DNA from: Macrostomum hystrix
Taxonomy: Eukaryota > Animalia > Platyhelminthes
Direction of reading: 5' to 3'
NCBI GenBank assembly: GCA_950097015.1
Contig: CATNEN010000034.1
Location: 4,588,001-4,652,000, forward strand
DNA length: 64,000 nucleotides
Below, in pieces: positions 25,023 through 39,900 of the stretch; the stretch's first letter is position 1; the number at the start of each line of letters is the position of its first letter. Made by a program: the position numbers and the translations under genes. The notes beneath the pieces were generated by a model, which was not told the origin of the DNA, did no database searches, and saw nothing but the letters and a program-made list of their open reading frames with translations.

Positions 25023-28000
25023 TACTGTAAAAGGTTGTAAAAAGACTTTAATCGTTGTTTCTTTCATACACATGGAGTTCACACTTTTCTGTCATATTTA
25101 CTACGAGTACAAATTAAGGTAATTGTGCTGATTTAGAATAGCATTACACTTCAGCAAAGACTAAAGATGCTATTTACTAAATTACAAAAGGTCACAGATG
25201 AAGTATAGAACCATTTTGCAGAGCGAAACTAATTTGGGAGCAAAGTTGAAGAAGAAGGGAGAAATGAAAAGGCGCAGCTAAACACTGTAGTGAATTGGTT
25301 GATTCTCCTCTGCGCTAATCTTTGCATGGAAGCGTATTGAAAGAAAACCGGGTCCTATTTAGTTCAGGAATGCCGATGGCCACTGCTAGAAGCAAAACTT
25401 GTGAGTGACCTTCCTTTTAGCATTCGTAACTAGTTTTCACAGAGAGTGAACGAAGGAGCACTGGGGTTGGAGAGTTAAAGAGGGCCGAGGCGGAAAGAAA
25501 AAAGATGACGCAAAAACTGCACACAGAACAGAGAGGCTCGTCACCTCCGCGCCTGTTTCGGATGCAGTGTCTGGCAACACACAGATTTTTGTTGCGTTTT
25601 TTTGCGCGCCAGAGGGAGCCGGCCACACAGGCAGGGAGAGATGGGGGAGAAAATGTAGGCCTTTACAAAACGCGAATTCAACTCCTCCCCGACCAAATAC
25701 ACAATACTCCTATTGCCTTCCTGTTCTTCTACGTCCCTCCCAGTTCCCGCCCCCCCCCCTACAATGCAGTGCAGAATCCCGGAATTGCGTGTCACGCCAG
25801 GCCAAACTCGGGCCGGCCATGCGGACACGCAAGAGCTAAGTGGAATAGACAGTAAATAATGGTGGGGCCCCTAGACAGATTTCAACTCAAGAACGGCCTG
25901 CTGACGGATAGTTTAGCGCGTAGGTTTTTCTTTTTCGCCCCAAATAGCTCACAACAATAGAGTCAATTGGTAAAAATCATGCCGATATTTTTCAGCCCGA
26001 TTATTTTCTTTGGACTCCGATGTACGCGCGATTTAAGGTATGCGGCCAGATTGAAATACGTCGCTGAATAATCCTCACAAATTAACCCTTATTTAAACCA
26101 GTCCAAGGAGGTAGAGATAGCATTTCACAATTACAGCTAATTATCAAGAATAGAAAAAACTCATTCAAATTTACTGATAAAAGCGTTGAGCAGTAAATCT
26201 CAAAAGTTAAACTTTTTATTCACCGGCTACAATAATAGCGAATTACGACTCACAAAGCCGAGGCTCTCTGGCCTTGTCCCAGCGTTACTTTACACCTTGC
26301 ATACATCCATAGTTGAGCACTGTGAAACGAGAAAGTACAGTGTGATGGACTAAAATGCGACCTACGGTTAAGCCTCATACTGAGTTCACCTCTGTTTTTG
26401 CTTCAAGCGATTCACCCAGGCCATGCAGGTCGCGCACGGAACGAGTTTGGCAGGGGCAAGGATTAGGGCGACTCACTGAGCTGCCGAGGTGCAACCGGGC
26501 ACAAACTGGGGACAGGGAGAACGGGGAGACACAGGGGGAGCACATGGGATTGGGATGGAAGTTGACTTAAAACAACACAGTGACCCTTGAGGATGAAATA
26601 TTGAGAGAGAGAAAGATAGTTAGAGGAGGCTCTAAAGAGCTAAAAGGTTTGAGGTAAAGCCACACCTTCTCTCTAACTGCCTGGGCTGTTACAGTTGTTC
26701 AGTACCAGCCGGGGTCAATGGTCTCTAGATGAGGCTGGCCTGAGGATCGGACTAGGGTCGCAAGGAGCCGTGTGTTTGTGTGCGCGGTCGGGCCCACCTA
26801 TTCTCATGGGGGCGGCTGAAAACTCTCACTCACTCTCTGGCTAGATTGGGATGCGGCCAGGGGTGGGTTAGAGTCGATAAGGTCAAACTGCCTGTTCAAA
26901 AAGGGTCTGTTTGCCTCGCAAGAGTTGCTCGTCCAATCTGTGCATCTCCCTGCCCAACTTAATCCGATGACTAAATCCTCGCATCTCAGATGCCCAGAAC
27001 GAGCAAGCTGAAGACCTTTCAGGCAACGGTATTGAATTTCTTTTAAATCTTTTTTTAGACAGCTACTAGGCAATCACGTGACCGTCGTTCAGTTGTCGTC
27101 TACCACAAGACCATCGTTAATCCATCCAAGTTCGTCTGCTCTATCTTGGGATTAGCTGCTCGAAAAAGCAAGTGCAAAAAGCGGTTCGGTTAGATTTTAT
27201 AAAGGAATATACTGTATAGAGAACCAGATTCTCAGATATGTTATAGTAAATTAGGCTTAAACAATTAATTTAGATTGCTTTTGGATTTATTAATTCCCCA
27301 TTTTTCTAGTGCTTTAAGCTGACCTCATGCAACAATGTTACTTGTAAAAGGTTTTCGAGATTTTTCATTATTTTCACCTGACTCAATACTTATTCAAGTC
27401 TAAATTGCCTAAGCATTCTTGTGTATCTTTGGTTTTGGTGTAAAAATGGAATGACCTAGAATCATAATATTTGATAAATACACAAAAATATCCTGCTGTT
27501 GTATCATGCTCATGCTCGCCCGCCGTCCTAACTAAATCGATAAACCTCCAGTACGTTCGAAGTCCTATTCCAGAAAAGTAGCCGCACAGACCCGGAAGAG
27601 GCCAGGCTATAGTGCCGAAAACAAGGCAAAACTTATGGCTTTATCACACTTCCGTTGAGGCATGCTTTCTCGCTGATTGCTCCCAGAAACAATTAATTTT
27701 GCTTAACGATGCTGCTCAATTGTAATCTTGGCAGTAAAATCACGATGCTCACACTGCACCATTGACAAATCGAGTTAAAGTGGGCCCATACAGACTTCGA
27801 TGCGGATAAAAAGTCCTCTGTTGTTTAACAACGAGAGAAACTGTGCGCTCTGTTACTCGACAAGTTCAGATAACAAAGTGAAATGTGAAATTTATAACGA
27901 GCTTGCAAACCGATTCAAAGATAGAAAGAGCAAAAAAACTAGATTATCAAGAAAATGCATCGGGGGTTTGGTCTGCAAATGGCGCCACTTCTGGGACGGC

Positions 28001-31000
28001 GTCGGTTGGAAAATGAGCAATCGTCTGGCCAAGCCAAGAGGTTAAATTAAAAAGTTGGCTCACGAGTGGGTGTTGAGTGTGCCGGCTGGGAGCATGGACC
28101 TGGTGGGAGCATGCAGCAGCAGCAGAGAAGAGAAAGGAGAAAAAAAGAGAAACTAATAGAAGGCAGGCACGAGCTAGCTGGCAGGAGGGACTCTGCAGGG
28201 AAGGAGGAAGGGAGACCAAGTGAGAGAGAGAAAGGAGGCAGGCAGAAATAAAGGACCAAAAAATCGAAGTCGCATTCCCTGGTTGACCCGCTGCCTCGTT
28301 GCGCTTCCAAAGCTTCCACTATCCCCGTGAGTGTGTCAGCTCAGCAGCTGAGCGATGAAAGAGAGAGAGAGAGAAAGAGAGAGAGCAAGGAAGGAGAAGC
28401 CGACAAGGCCAGATGGGGGACCGGTCACAGACCCAGGGCCCACCCCAGGAGTCCAACTAAGAAACAGAGGTGGATTGAGGTGGCAGAGGGATCTGGTGCA
28501 CCGGACCCAATCCACCAAGAGCCGTCTCAGACAAGCCTCTTCGACATTCGCCCCACCCCTCGTAGCCGTACAGTGACTCAGCGAAGGACTCATTCTCACC
28601 CACACAGTCTGAAATTTATTCCCCCATGCTGTTCCCCTTTTCAACAGTAGGCCTGCGAGGCTTAGTCATAGATTAGTGCCGCGATTATCACTGACCTGTG
28701 TAGCAATGGCAATCCTGATAGACTTCCATACAAGTCCTATGGATGCAGTTTGATGTTTAAAGAAGAAGGATGAATTTCAGCATCTAGGCCGAATGCAACA
28801 GAGCGTGAAAAAACATAGGTAGAGGGCAGTAAAACCATACAACAGGCCGTGTTTTTATGCACACTCTGAGAGCCCATGCTTGCTGCTGTTACGAGCGTAC
28901 TGAAAAAAGTGAAGAGAATATTTACTTCACTATTGCAACAGAGACCTGAACCAATACCGCCAAGATTATGTTGCAAATTTTAGCGAAAAGCAGAACAGTT
29001 TTTCGGGTTGGCTACATCGGGACGCATCATCATAACCGTAATGCTAATAAGTCATCTAGGGTCTGCAATTTGTGTTTAAAACAAAACAGTTTCCTCACAC
29101 AAGAAGTATCGCTAAATTAAAAAACTTTGCCAGCTAAATCCTTCCTTCCAAAGTTTCCATCGACACAGTGTGAGTTGCAGTTTCGCGGTGCAAATGCGTG
29201 TGTATCCAAGATTGTTTGGAAGCTAGCGAACAGAGTAAAAAGTTTTAGGCACAAGCGAACCACTCCGAAGACAACAATAAATTATTCCATATTCCGTTGC
29301 AGCGCATGGTGGACACACTTAGCGAAGCGACACCAGTAACTGAATGAAAACCAGCACTCAAAACTAGACGATTACTTTCAGAGCTGCTTCCCAGAACAAC
29401 ACCATCTAACTTGAGCTGGGCGCAAACAACTCTTAATTTCCTCTTTAGAAGGTTGCATCAAAGTCGGTCGTACCAGTTTTTGCTTATGCGTTGCATCAAC
29501 AGGTCTCGCGGACGCTCCTACGAGTATATGGGGGCCGACAAAAGATCGAAAAAATGCTCCAAGCCCGCAACCCCAGTTCCCGGCGCCCTAGTGAAATTCA
29601 TGCAGCACACAGACCACCCCAACTCTATCTCGCTCAACACACACGGATGCATACAACGAAACGGAAATAGAGAAACTATACCCCTCCTCAACCTCAGCTC
29701 TTCTATGCGATCCACTCCGATCCCCAGATGGGGAAGGTTTGAGACAGCCTGGCAATCCAGAATCCCCAGCAGTGTTTGCGCAGGGCAAATAATCAGGGTC
29801 CCGCAGACCCGGACCCGCCAACCCACTTGCTCGCTTCGCCAAAGCGCAGCAGCAGCTCCAGTCGCACACTTTCCATCAATTGAAGCCTCATGATGGACCA
29901 CAGGCCGGGCACTGGTGCACTCAGAACATACCAACGGCGCCGGCTGAGTGAGCAACTGCGAATGATTCCGCCAGCACCACCTCAGCCGCCCCTCATTAGG
30001 CAGTCCCAGCTCAATCAACGCTTTTACAGACTGGCGGGGATGGGGCTCCGACTAGGCAGGGAGTGAAGGTCGAGCCCCGCTCAACAAGTGTAGCGAGAAT
30101 TGGTAGTAGCAGCGGAATTGCTTCTGCAATACACAACAGGTCGTAGATGCCCAGACAGAAGGCAAAATGAGATGAGAGCTGCAGAGAGGAAGAGAATATA
30201 TAAAGAGAATTGAGGCCAATCAGTCCTTTTCGCGGCTATAGTAGTCGGGTTGCGCGCGTCCTTGTGGCAAAACAAAGCCGCAATAATGAGTTCCCATAGT
30301 GAGTCTTGTCTCTCAATCTTCTCTCTCTTGCGTGCTATCTATAAAAGCATCTCTCACGATGGCAGCCATCGGCTTTCTGTGTTTTGTCTCGTAAAAGGGT
30401 GAAATTTTTGCAAGAAGGAATGCTGCCAAAAGCTTTACAATGTGCAGACCTGACGCGCGCATCTTTCCTAACGAAGCCTTCTCACCAGATCAAAAAGTCC
30501 ATTTGTTCACGCCAGTTTTTATGCATAGTAGTGGAGAAACTATGAGAGAAATGGTACAGCAACGAGCGTGGCAAGAGTAGAGGAACAATTGCAAACAGTT
30601 TTTGCCAATTGCTGCCCCTTCACTTAAAGCGATTGACTGACAGGCGAGACACTGGACATGTGACTGGCTTGACTCCGGGTCCCTGGCCTCTCCACTGCTG
30701 ACACTGGACCCTCACGCGCTGACTATCCATAGTATCTAAGCTCATGCAACTCAGCCCGTGTCTCACAATCACCTAGCGCAAGCTTAAGCCAGCGCAGCCA
30801 CCTTTCGTGCACTCTGCATTCTTCCCATTCCACTGGCCTATATTGCCTATGTAGTTAGTGAGCACTCAAATGGTTTAATAATGAGCTATCACTCATCTGC
30901 AGTTGCAAAGTCATTTCTCTCCAAAACACTAGCAAAACAAACACATTTTCAAGATATTTATACAAAGGCCTTTTAGCTTGTACTCGTACTTTAAAATCCA

Positions 31001-34000
31001 TGTGAAAACGTATATTTATTAGACTAACTTAACTCACTTTTGTTTGATCTTCTAAAATATACATTTAAACGAGGAAGACATCTTGTATCTGCCTCCGACC
31101 AAAAATATAAAAGAGCTCATAATTGATTTTCTTTCGTGAGTACAAGGTACTGCATGGTTACCTAGATTATCTAGATTATCTAGCTGCCTGGCAATATAAC
31201 TTTGATACGAGCCTATTTATAAGTTTCACAAAAAAACTAACGCCGTAAAAAACAGAACACACAATTATAAAATGCAACTAATAAAACAAAAAATGGTCAC
31301 CCCCTGACACCCAGATTAGAAATAAAAAGCATTGCAGCTTGCCCAAAAATACTAAAATAATTTAGTAAGCTCGACTTACTAACAGCAACAAACATTAAGT
31401 CAATTATTTAACAGCACTAAAGACACAGCGCAAATGTCGCTATGTTGACACATAAAATTTTACGCATTTATAAATTTATATAGGAAAATGCTTAATTTAC
31501 TTGTAGGAAAAACTTGACCGGTAATTGGTGCAATGCTTTACGGTATAATTTATTCAACAGCATGGCTGGGCTAGCTAGCTACTTCTCCCCCAATTACTGC
31601 AGATGGTTCACACGAGTGTCTCATTCATCCAAGTGTTGTTAAATTTGTTTTTCCTTTGCCCCGTTTCAGTCCTACCACACGCCATCTTCACCTATGTATC
31701 CTCTAGTGTTAGTCAAGACCTTCTCCCAAATCCCGCGCCTCAGCTGCCGAAATGAGAATCCCATGCTAGGACAAGCAGGTACTGCTTGGAGTGGGAAAAG
31801 GCAAGGAGAGCTAGTCGGCTACTGTAATCCCAAAGCTATGAGATGGCTTCACTGTGAGCGGTGCTCAACAAGCAACAAACAGGCCACTCACTTCATTGCA
31901 CGGACCGCCACTGAGTCATCTGAAAGGCGCCCTCTTACTGTTTTTCCTCCCATCCTCATCCAAGCTTCCAAGCCACTTTTAGTTTATTAATGCCGTCGCC
32001 AAAAAGCGTAGAGAGAGGGGGGACTGTCGCCAAACAGCCTATACCTTCACCCCCGTTTTTTTCCTCTCTACATCCCAAATCCAGCCCGGCTTGATGCAGC
32101 AGCTACTATGCAGGATGAAGCAGAGCAGATGCTAGATCTCTACCTGCACAATAATGCACACAAATAGACGCCTGCCTCATACCTATTCTAGGTAGCAGCT
32201 TACTGTTGCGGCGCAGAGAAAGATAGAGGAAGCCAGGCCGAAACCCTGCTGGGGTTCATTGAGTCGACGGCGCAGACGGCTAGAGCAGTAGCTGTATGCA
32301 GCCTCCATGCTCTAGCCTTATCCCTTCAATCCCTGCAATAACTGGGCACCAATTTTAATGCAGCACGTGCTCTTCCACTGCATAAGCAGAATTTGGCAAA
32401 CATGGTAATAATGAAGCATGCATTAGATGCTCAAATAGGCCACGTCATGCCAGAAACTGTTGCTCTGCTCTAAAATTCTGCCAACTTTTGTAGCATGGAA
32501 AAGATTTGAATTTTTAGCTAGCTTCTATTCAGCAAGCGCTACGCTTTATCCTTCAAGAAAGACCAGAAGATAATAAATTTGTTGGCCCAGCCATCTCTTG
32601 GCCACAGCTTAGCATTTTAGAAACTTATTTTTCGACAAATAAATTTGCCCCACTGAACTCTTAGCTGCGCAACATCTGCAGTGGCGCGCTTCAGTAAGCA
32701 ATTGGTAGCAAATAATGCCAGACACAGTTGGCCCTGGCCAGTGCAAATGTAATTAACTCAGCCCTCCAGACCACTTTTCTAGCAGTCGAAACTCGAATAG
32801 AACTCAAGGAGGCAAATACGGTGGCGTCTAAATTGCCCAAAAATTAGCCGAAGGTCAGGGGCGGCAGAGCTGGAGAACCAGTGTTGAAAGTGAAGCCAGG
32901 GATGATTGATTCTGGGACCTCTCGTGGCCTAAATCAACCTTTCTTCTTTTTTATACCCGATTCTCTCAATAGTCAGACAGTCAACATGGACTGACTTGAC
33001 TAATCCAAACTCATCTCCTAACTCGTATTGCTTTGTTTCTTCTTCTGTTTAATCCGACTCGACTCATCTGCAAGCTTTTGGCGATTGCTCCAGATTAACA
33101 AGTAGTTAGAGGTTTAGATACATCTGGCCGACGTAATAATTATCGCGTCCCGATTTGAGTAATTACGGACATTTGTGTACTGAAAAGACGTCAGTTAAAG
33201 GTCAGAAGATTTCTATCATTTTAAATCTGGTTAGATCTCAAGATTGTGAAGCTTCGGTCTCAAGAACTCTAGAATCTAGTTTGGTTGTTGCGGAATTGCG
33301 AAATGAAAAAGGCTCCAACACAAGTTGCACGATTTTTGCCGAAGAAAATAGATGTTCCAGGCAATGTTCTGGCAAAACTACGATATTAGTCTCGCATATT
33401 GAGTAGCAATACTAACCAGCACAACCAGCAATACTAACAACCATTTTTCATTAGCGATTCATCAGGCTTTCCAAAGCAGGGATTAAAAACAGATTGGCTG
33501 GCTTGATAAGCGCAAGCTGACTAGATTTCGATGCTATTCTTTATTAGCTCCTGGCATCACGCCAATAAAATTTGCATTATTTTACACTATACACAGTGCA
33601 GCCACTATAGCTAGCGTGAGACTCATCCACTCGCGTAGAATTGAAATTAAAAAGGGGAAATCTGGATAAAAAAGCTAGCGAAACCACAGTGCAGACAGAA
33701 ACAATCTGCGCGCATAAACCTTGGCCTCGGCCACTGAAAAACGGCTGCAGAATCCCAAGCTAGTCCATTCTCTTCTCCCTTTCAATACTCCCATCAAGTC
33801 TCAGGCTCTCTCTGCTCCACTTCCCATCAAGCCCCCAAGAGACTGCGGGAGCAACTAGGGGCTGTCTCAAAGTAGTAGTCTGCACAATATGCATTGCAGT
33901 CGCGAGTTGGCAAAGTCGCCTAGAAAAATCCCTTCTCCCCAATCCACCCAGGCGATGCGCGGGTGCGTCTCAGCGATGGAGATGAACAGATAGAGTGAGA

Positions 34001-37000
34001 TGGGAATTCAGGAACGGGGTAAGCAAAAGTAGACGAAATTGCCGGATTAAGAACCAAGGAGGAGACTGTAGAAGCAGAGAGAAGTGAAATAGAAAATTTT
34101 GCACCAAAGAGTTAAACTGACTGCAGAGAGTTCCAATAAAGAGAAGGAACGAGCGAGGCTCTCCGCGCGTACCTTTCTCTTTCAATCCCTTTTCGCACAA
34201 GCCTGTGAGAGCGAGCATTTGATTGCTAAACGGGAAACTAAATTGCGACAGGACCCACGACACACTTCACTCTCTCTTACCTATTTTCAACTCCCCCCCT
34301 GGCTGCATCCCCCAGAAGTAAGAGTCAGTGCATCCAAAGCGCGAGTTCATTGACGCGAGCGGAGTTCAGGAGTCCGCCCGCTTCCAAGTTTAAACGCTAC
34401 ACCCTAAGACTCCTTTGACTGACAACACACAACCGCGTGTCCCAGATTTGAAGCGAATGATAAATTAGTGTGCCGGCTGTGTGAGGCATTTGAAACTGGA
34501 CAAATTGCTGGACTAACGAGGCACATACTCGTTGATTGCAATCGAACGGTCTGCTTAGCCTACTGTGTGTGGCGGCTCTGCTCTCCACCTGACAAACCGA
34601 TTAGCGTCTTTAATCTAAGGACCAGAATAGACCGCAGGCACGAGCTACTCGTAATTACTTCATACGCTTTTTTTAAAAAGAGGTAATGAAACGATTTCCT
34701 TATACTTGGTTGGTTTAGAAGGCGAGGTCCACCTCTATGCAGCGAAGCGGTTTATAACATGAATTCGAGACGGCTCCCAGTTAAGCACGGCCTGAAGGAG
34801 TAAACAGAAAAGTGGAAGCGATTCCGACCGCTCCTAAGGTGACGCCACCACTGAGCTCACAGAAGCTTTATAAATAACAGAATCTAATGAATTGTACGCT
34901 CGTAATTGTTGGTTTATTGTTCGATAAGAGTTTGCATAAATCATGAACGTGATGGCGAGTTTAATTTAATAATTTGGCCCCTGCAATGGTTGGAGAATAT
35001 TCCATACTCTGATAGTATTCCAGCCAGTATCTCAAGTGCCGTAACAGCACCTCACGCATTTTACTTCCTGCTTTTGGATAGCAGCACTTAATTTTAGCTA
35101 CCATCTATTCATTTATCAAGCATTTCTGCAGGCATTAATGTCTGGGTCAACAGTGGCCTCGTTTAAAAGTTAGCCGCAGACAATGCGCAAGTACGAATCC
35201 ATTCTGTGTAACCAATCGGTATAGCGCGCCACTAAAGCAACGGCTGACAGGGAACCGCAGATGGATGGGGAACGGGGTGCAAGTACGCGCGGGGACGCGA
35301 AGAGACAGGCTGCGGTTTAAAAGAAACACCAGGCGTGGAAAATTACTGAATGGCAACAGCGGCATTGAATTGAAGTTTTTAACTGAAGGGTGCAGAGCAA
35401 GGAATACGGAGTGGTGAATAAAGGATAGCTGCCGCAGCCCTTGCCGACCAGGGCTCGCTCATACCGATGACAGGAGGCCGAGGCTGATTAATGGTGAAGG
35501 GAATTTTCTGTGCACTGCGAAGGAGGGTCATGCAGTCATCCTGATGACGCTGGAAAATATGGTGCTAGCGACGCTACACGTGCCCTGAAGCGGGCTACTT
35601 TCAGATGTAGAATTTCACTAATTTGCAGTGCGTATCGGGTGCAGCTGCCGACTGAGTGTCACCTAGACTGGATTTAATTACAATAATTCATAAGCGCGTT
35701 AGTGCCTAACATTTTGCTGCAGATACTAAGCTTGAACATATTTGGCTAAGAAAGAAAGGTAAAAAGATAGGCACAGTCACGCGTGTGAAATACCTTAAAT
35801 AAGGTAGTATTGCTCAAATTTATTGGGCCTCTGATTTCCTATTTCTGTGTATCATGAGCCCACTTCAAAATATCACAGAACCTCGGTGCACCCAAGTCTA
35901 TATTTTTTTAAATGGCAACCTTTTTAATGGCAGAGACATTGGAAACAAAATCAATTCAATCTGCGAGTTCAGATTCATTGTTTACGCTAGAAATCGCTAA
36001 ATCCTTCTATGCCAAATTATGTTTAATCGCATTCCTTTGTTGCCAACAAAAAACCTAAGAGCGAGAGAGAACAATAGGCCGGGCGTGGAGGTCGCTCTTC
36101 CCCTCAACAGTCTCCCGTCTCCTCTAAACAGAGGAATAAATAAAGAAAAAAACGGAATCATGAAGATGTAAGTGAAAGGAGTGCATTCTTCTGCACAAAG
36201 CGCTGCAAACACACACACGAACGCGAATAGCCTCACAAGGGGGGCCGGGCATACGCACACACAGAATTACAAAGAGACGACGAGAAATAGACGACCGGGT
36301 ATTACTCCTTCCTGCACGGACTGAGAAGGCAAAGGATGGCAGGATGGAGGGGAATTGTGACAAGCCGGGAAAATCGCTTGGAACTGGCCGAGAGTAAAGC
36401 TGATCGGAATGGCTGGACCAAGCTGTCGGCAGATTATGGAACGAGACTCAGAGAAACAGAGCAGACGAGAACCGCCTGGCTGCCTCCTTCCAGAGCAGGT
36501 GCAGACCAAGACGTCTAGTTACGTACGTCCACAATCAATTCCAGCCCCCCCTTCTACGCCGGACGCGCCTAAAGCCTACTTGCTGCAGCGCTGGATCAAT
36601 AAACCACCAGGGCTCCTCAGACGCGCAGGCATGCGTATGGCGCGCGCATGAATGCAGCGCCTGTTCCGATGAAATGCATGATGTGAGTGCTTTTTGCTGA
36701 TCTTTTTTCTATTGAGCAATTCCGACAGCATCTGAGAAGCAGGACCCTTAGATCAAAGGTAATATAAGGGTGAATATGAAAGGCCGGGCACACAAGTATA
36801 GTTGGTATTTTATAACGATAAATATAGCTTATTGAACAATATGCCGTAATAGTACCATCGCAGCCGCTAAAGCATGACTCAATCGGTTTCAAACCCTATT
36901 CCTCTAAAATGCTCAGACTTATATTAAACTCAATCGCTAAATCTCAATGCTATTTCTTTATTAGATCGAGAGGTTAGACAATATTTTTGTCGCTTAGACA

Positions 37001-39785
37001 GAACTTTCATTGCTTAAACACCAACAACATACCAAACGATGCCTTTTAAAGCTGGCGGCATACCAAGAAATTGTGTTTACACAACGCAAGCATGACAAAA
37101 TGAAACTTTCTGGCGAACATTATTCGTCAATACATGGCCCTTCTTAAAGAAACATCAAATCGTTCGCGGATGCGATGATCTGTAGCCAAGCTAACTCACA
37201 TGGCGAGAGGGCGAGGAACAATTCAGGTCAGTGACAGATCGAGGGGAATAAATCTGGCAATGCCGAAAAACATTTCTACGATTCTAATAAGTTTTTCTAT
37301 TGTGTTGAAGGTTAAGTAGCACAAGCAAAGTTGGAAAATAAGCAAATATCGATCATTAAGGAAGCAGAATACGCTAGTGCCTAGTTTAAGCCAGTTTCCA
37401 TATTATACTGTGCGAGAGCAAAGATGAATAATGATACTTATAATTACAATACCTGCTACACAAATGACAATTTATACTGTAGCTATCCAACAATGATAAG
37501 GCAGCGGAAATTTGATGACGCTGAGCAGGAACGATGTGAAAAGAATCCATGGTATCTGATGGCTGGGCATCTGGACTCTGGGATCTAGCCCAAAATCTGA
37601 ACACTGGGCCCTACAGAGTATATTAATAATTCAATAAAAATAAGCGACCGTTGTATGGTCAAAGGCACGCAAAGAAAAGGTATAGATCCCGCCTCCTTGG
37701 CCCCCAAACAGTGTGGACTGACGCGGTGTAGAAAGAAAAACTGGTATTTCCATGAAGAGGACAGGAAAGACTGATTATTTTTCAGTCGCGGATAGGTACC
37801 TGGACTGGACGGCTGATACTCTGACGCTTAGGACAGCTAACGGAAGCTGGTGAAGGCAGAGCCTCAGTTCACTTATCTGTCATCTATTTCGCTTCACAAA
37901 GATCTTAGCTTTTTTATTTTGTTCACCTGCCAGAAACTCTAAACGTCCACTGCGCTTATATGCGCTTATATGCTGCAATTTTGCTGGAGCCAATGCAATG
38001 AAGCAGGAGCTGAATCAGCTTGATGCACACATACACACAGACTTTTTTAGCAGTATCGCAAGCTCATTGTTAGGAATGGTGCCTATGCTCTGAGACTAGT
38101 GGAACTGACGCATCGATGCGATGACCCATATGATATGCAAGATTACGAGAACTCGGCCGTCAAACTGTGCGCAACACGCCCCATACAGCCGATCGATTTA
38201 CCAGCGTGGTACTTGCCATGTGAGGCCATGAAATTTTCGCATTCTAACGGAAGCATGTGCAGTAAGTTAATGAGGCGACAAGTGCTAAGTGGTCAGGTGT
38301 GTAGGAAGTGCAAGGATGCAAATCTGCCATAAAAATAATTGTGTAGTAGGATACTTCCACTATATCTTATGCCTCGGCATAGAAGGTCGTCGTCTAGCTA
38401 ATTGGTAAGATTTTTTGGCACGCGCAAACGCGCAAAAGTATGCCTGTTTAGTACAAGAATCTTCGAGGCACACCTAGAAAGCTTTATAATATACCTTAAA
38501 CTTCTCTTCTGCCCAAACATCAAGCTAAGAGCAGCTTGTGCTTCTATGGGGCACATGGAGAGCGTGTACTCGCATAGTACTAATATTGCCACCGCCGACA
38601 GCTGACTGACTGACACATGGCAGACGACTATAAAATATTGCATTGGCGATGGAAGGCACACAAATCTATTCGAGTACCGGATATGCACTTTTAGAAAAAT
38701 TTGTTATTAAAAGTAAGTACACTCATTTCTGGCCATTGGCATATTGCTTTCTTTGTGCAGTTGGTTATTACTGCAATCCACTTACTCCACGGGAATAAAA
38801 CTGCTTTAGAATTCCGAGAGATAGTACTCCAATAAAACTGGAAAATAACAATAAAATTAATGAAAAAAACTTCCAAAAATGTTTCTAAGTTACTAGAATA
38901 TAAGGAGAAGAGATGACACAGTATCAAGAAATCACTGCACTTAAAGCGGATAGGCCCAATACAGACAGCCAGCTGTTTTCCTCAATATGGATGCGTTGTC
39001 TTCCCGATCTCCTTTTTTACCTAAAGCCTGGATGACGGCCAACAGTTGTCTCGCTGGCCACGGCAAACGGGAATACAATCCAACAACGTCCATTATCCAC
39101 ATTGATCAGGGCTCGAAGCCAAACAAGAAATTAATTTGGAAACGGCGCATTAGAGCGTGCGCACATGCGAGGTCACTCTCTGAATACATTCTATATTGAT
39201 GTAATTAAGAACAAAGCAGGCATTCAGCCAATTTAGCATCGCGCAATAAAGTGCCTGAAGCCGGGCAGGAATGCCGAGCTGATTTCGATACAAAATAGTG
39301 CTGCACGGATGACCATCAGCATCCAGTAAAGGGAAATGCGCGGCTATAAGTTATTAAATAAATTTAGGCTGCATTGTACATCGACTTGACAACTTAAATA
39401 CTATAAGTAAGGGGTTGGGAGAGTACGAGTAGCTAGTAGCTCACAATGTCGCAAAAGCTACTCCCATTGTGCTGTGCACTAGGGGGACTCGAAGCTAATG
39501 AAATTGCATAATACATGAGTACAAGCAGCCCAGGCAACCAGGCAAGCCAGATGTGGACAAACTCATTATAACACGAAGGTAATCTATGCACAGGCATAAC
39601 AATTTTTCCTCTACAAGCCTTCCATACTGTAATCAGTGAGCTAAGCGGCGCGGTAACAAAGAGAAGGGCTTCAAATAAATTACAGAGGGATAGAGGTGAG
39701 ACTGCAGCCTGGGTGATGAAAAAGGAAGGAAAGACAATCCGGTCTGTTTTGCTTTCGCACCAGAGCGCCAAGCTTGTGCTGTTGA

Positions 39786-39900
39786 GCATGCGCACTCACT
39801 GGCCCTGACTCTGATTGCGCATGCATAAGTGAGCATGCTAATTCTGTCGCTTTTTCCAATACGCGCACACTCTAAGCTCACGGCCCACTGCGCAGGCGCA
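39786..39900. promoter_or_regulatory. Cluster of NRF1/erect-wing-like GCGCATGCGC motifs plus CCAAT (candidate promoter/enhancer)
   Basis: GCATGCGCA at 39786, TGCGCATGC at 39816, CCAAT at 39856, TGCGCAGGCGCA at 39889-39900. Confidence 0.3.

Noticed and set aside
29410-30015. 10-bp inverted repeat TTGAGCTGGG/CCCAGCTCAA ~600 bp apart, and overlapping 160-166 aa ORFs
   Set aside because: Short IR without TSD or second copy; the ORFs show no recognisable homology.
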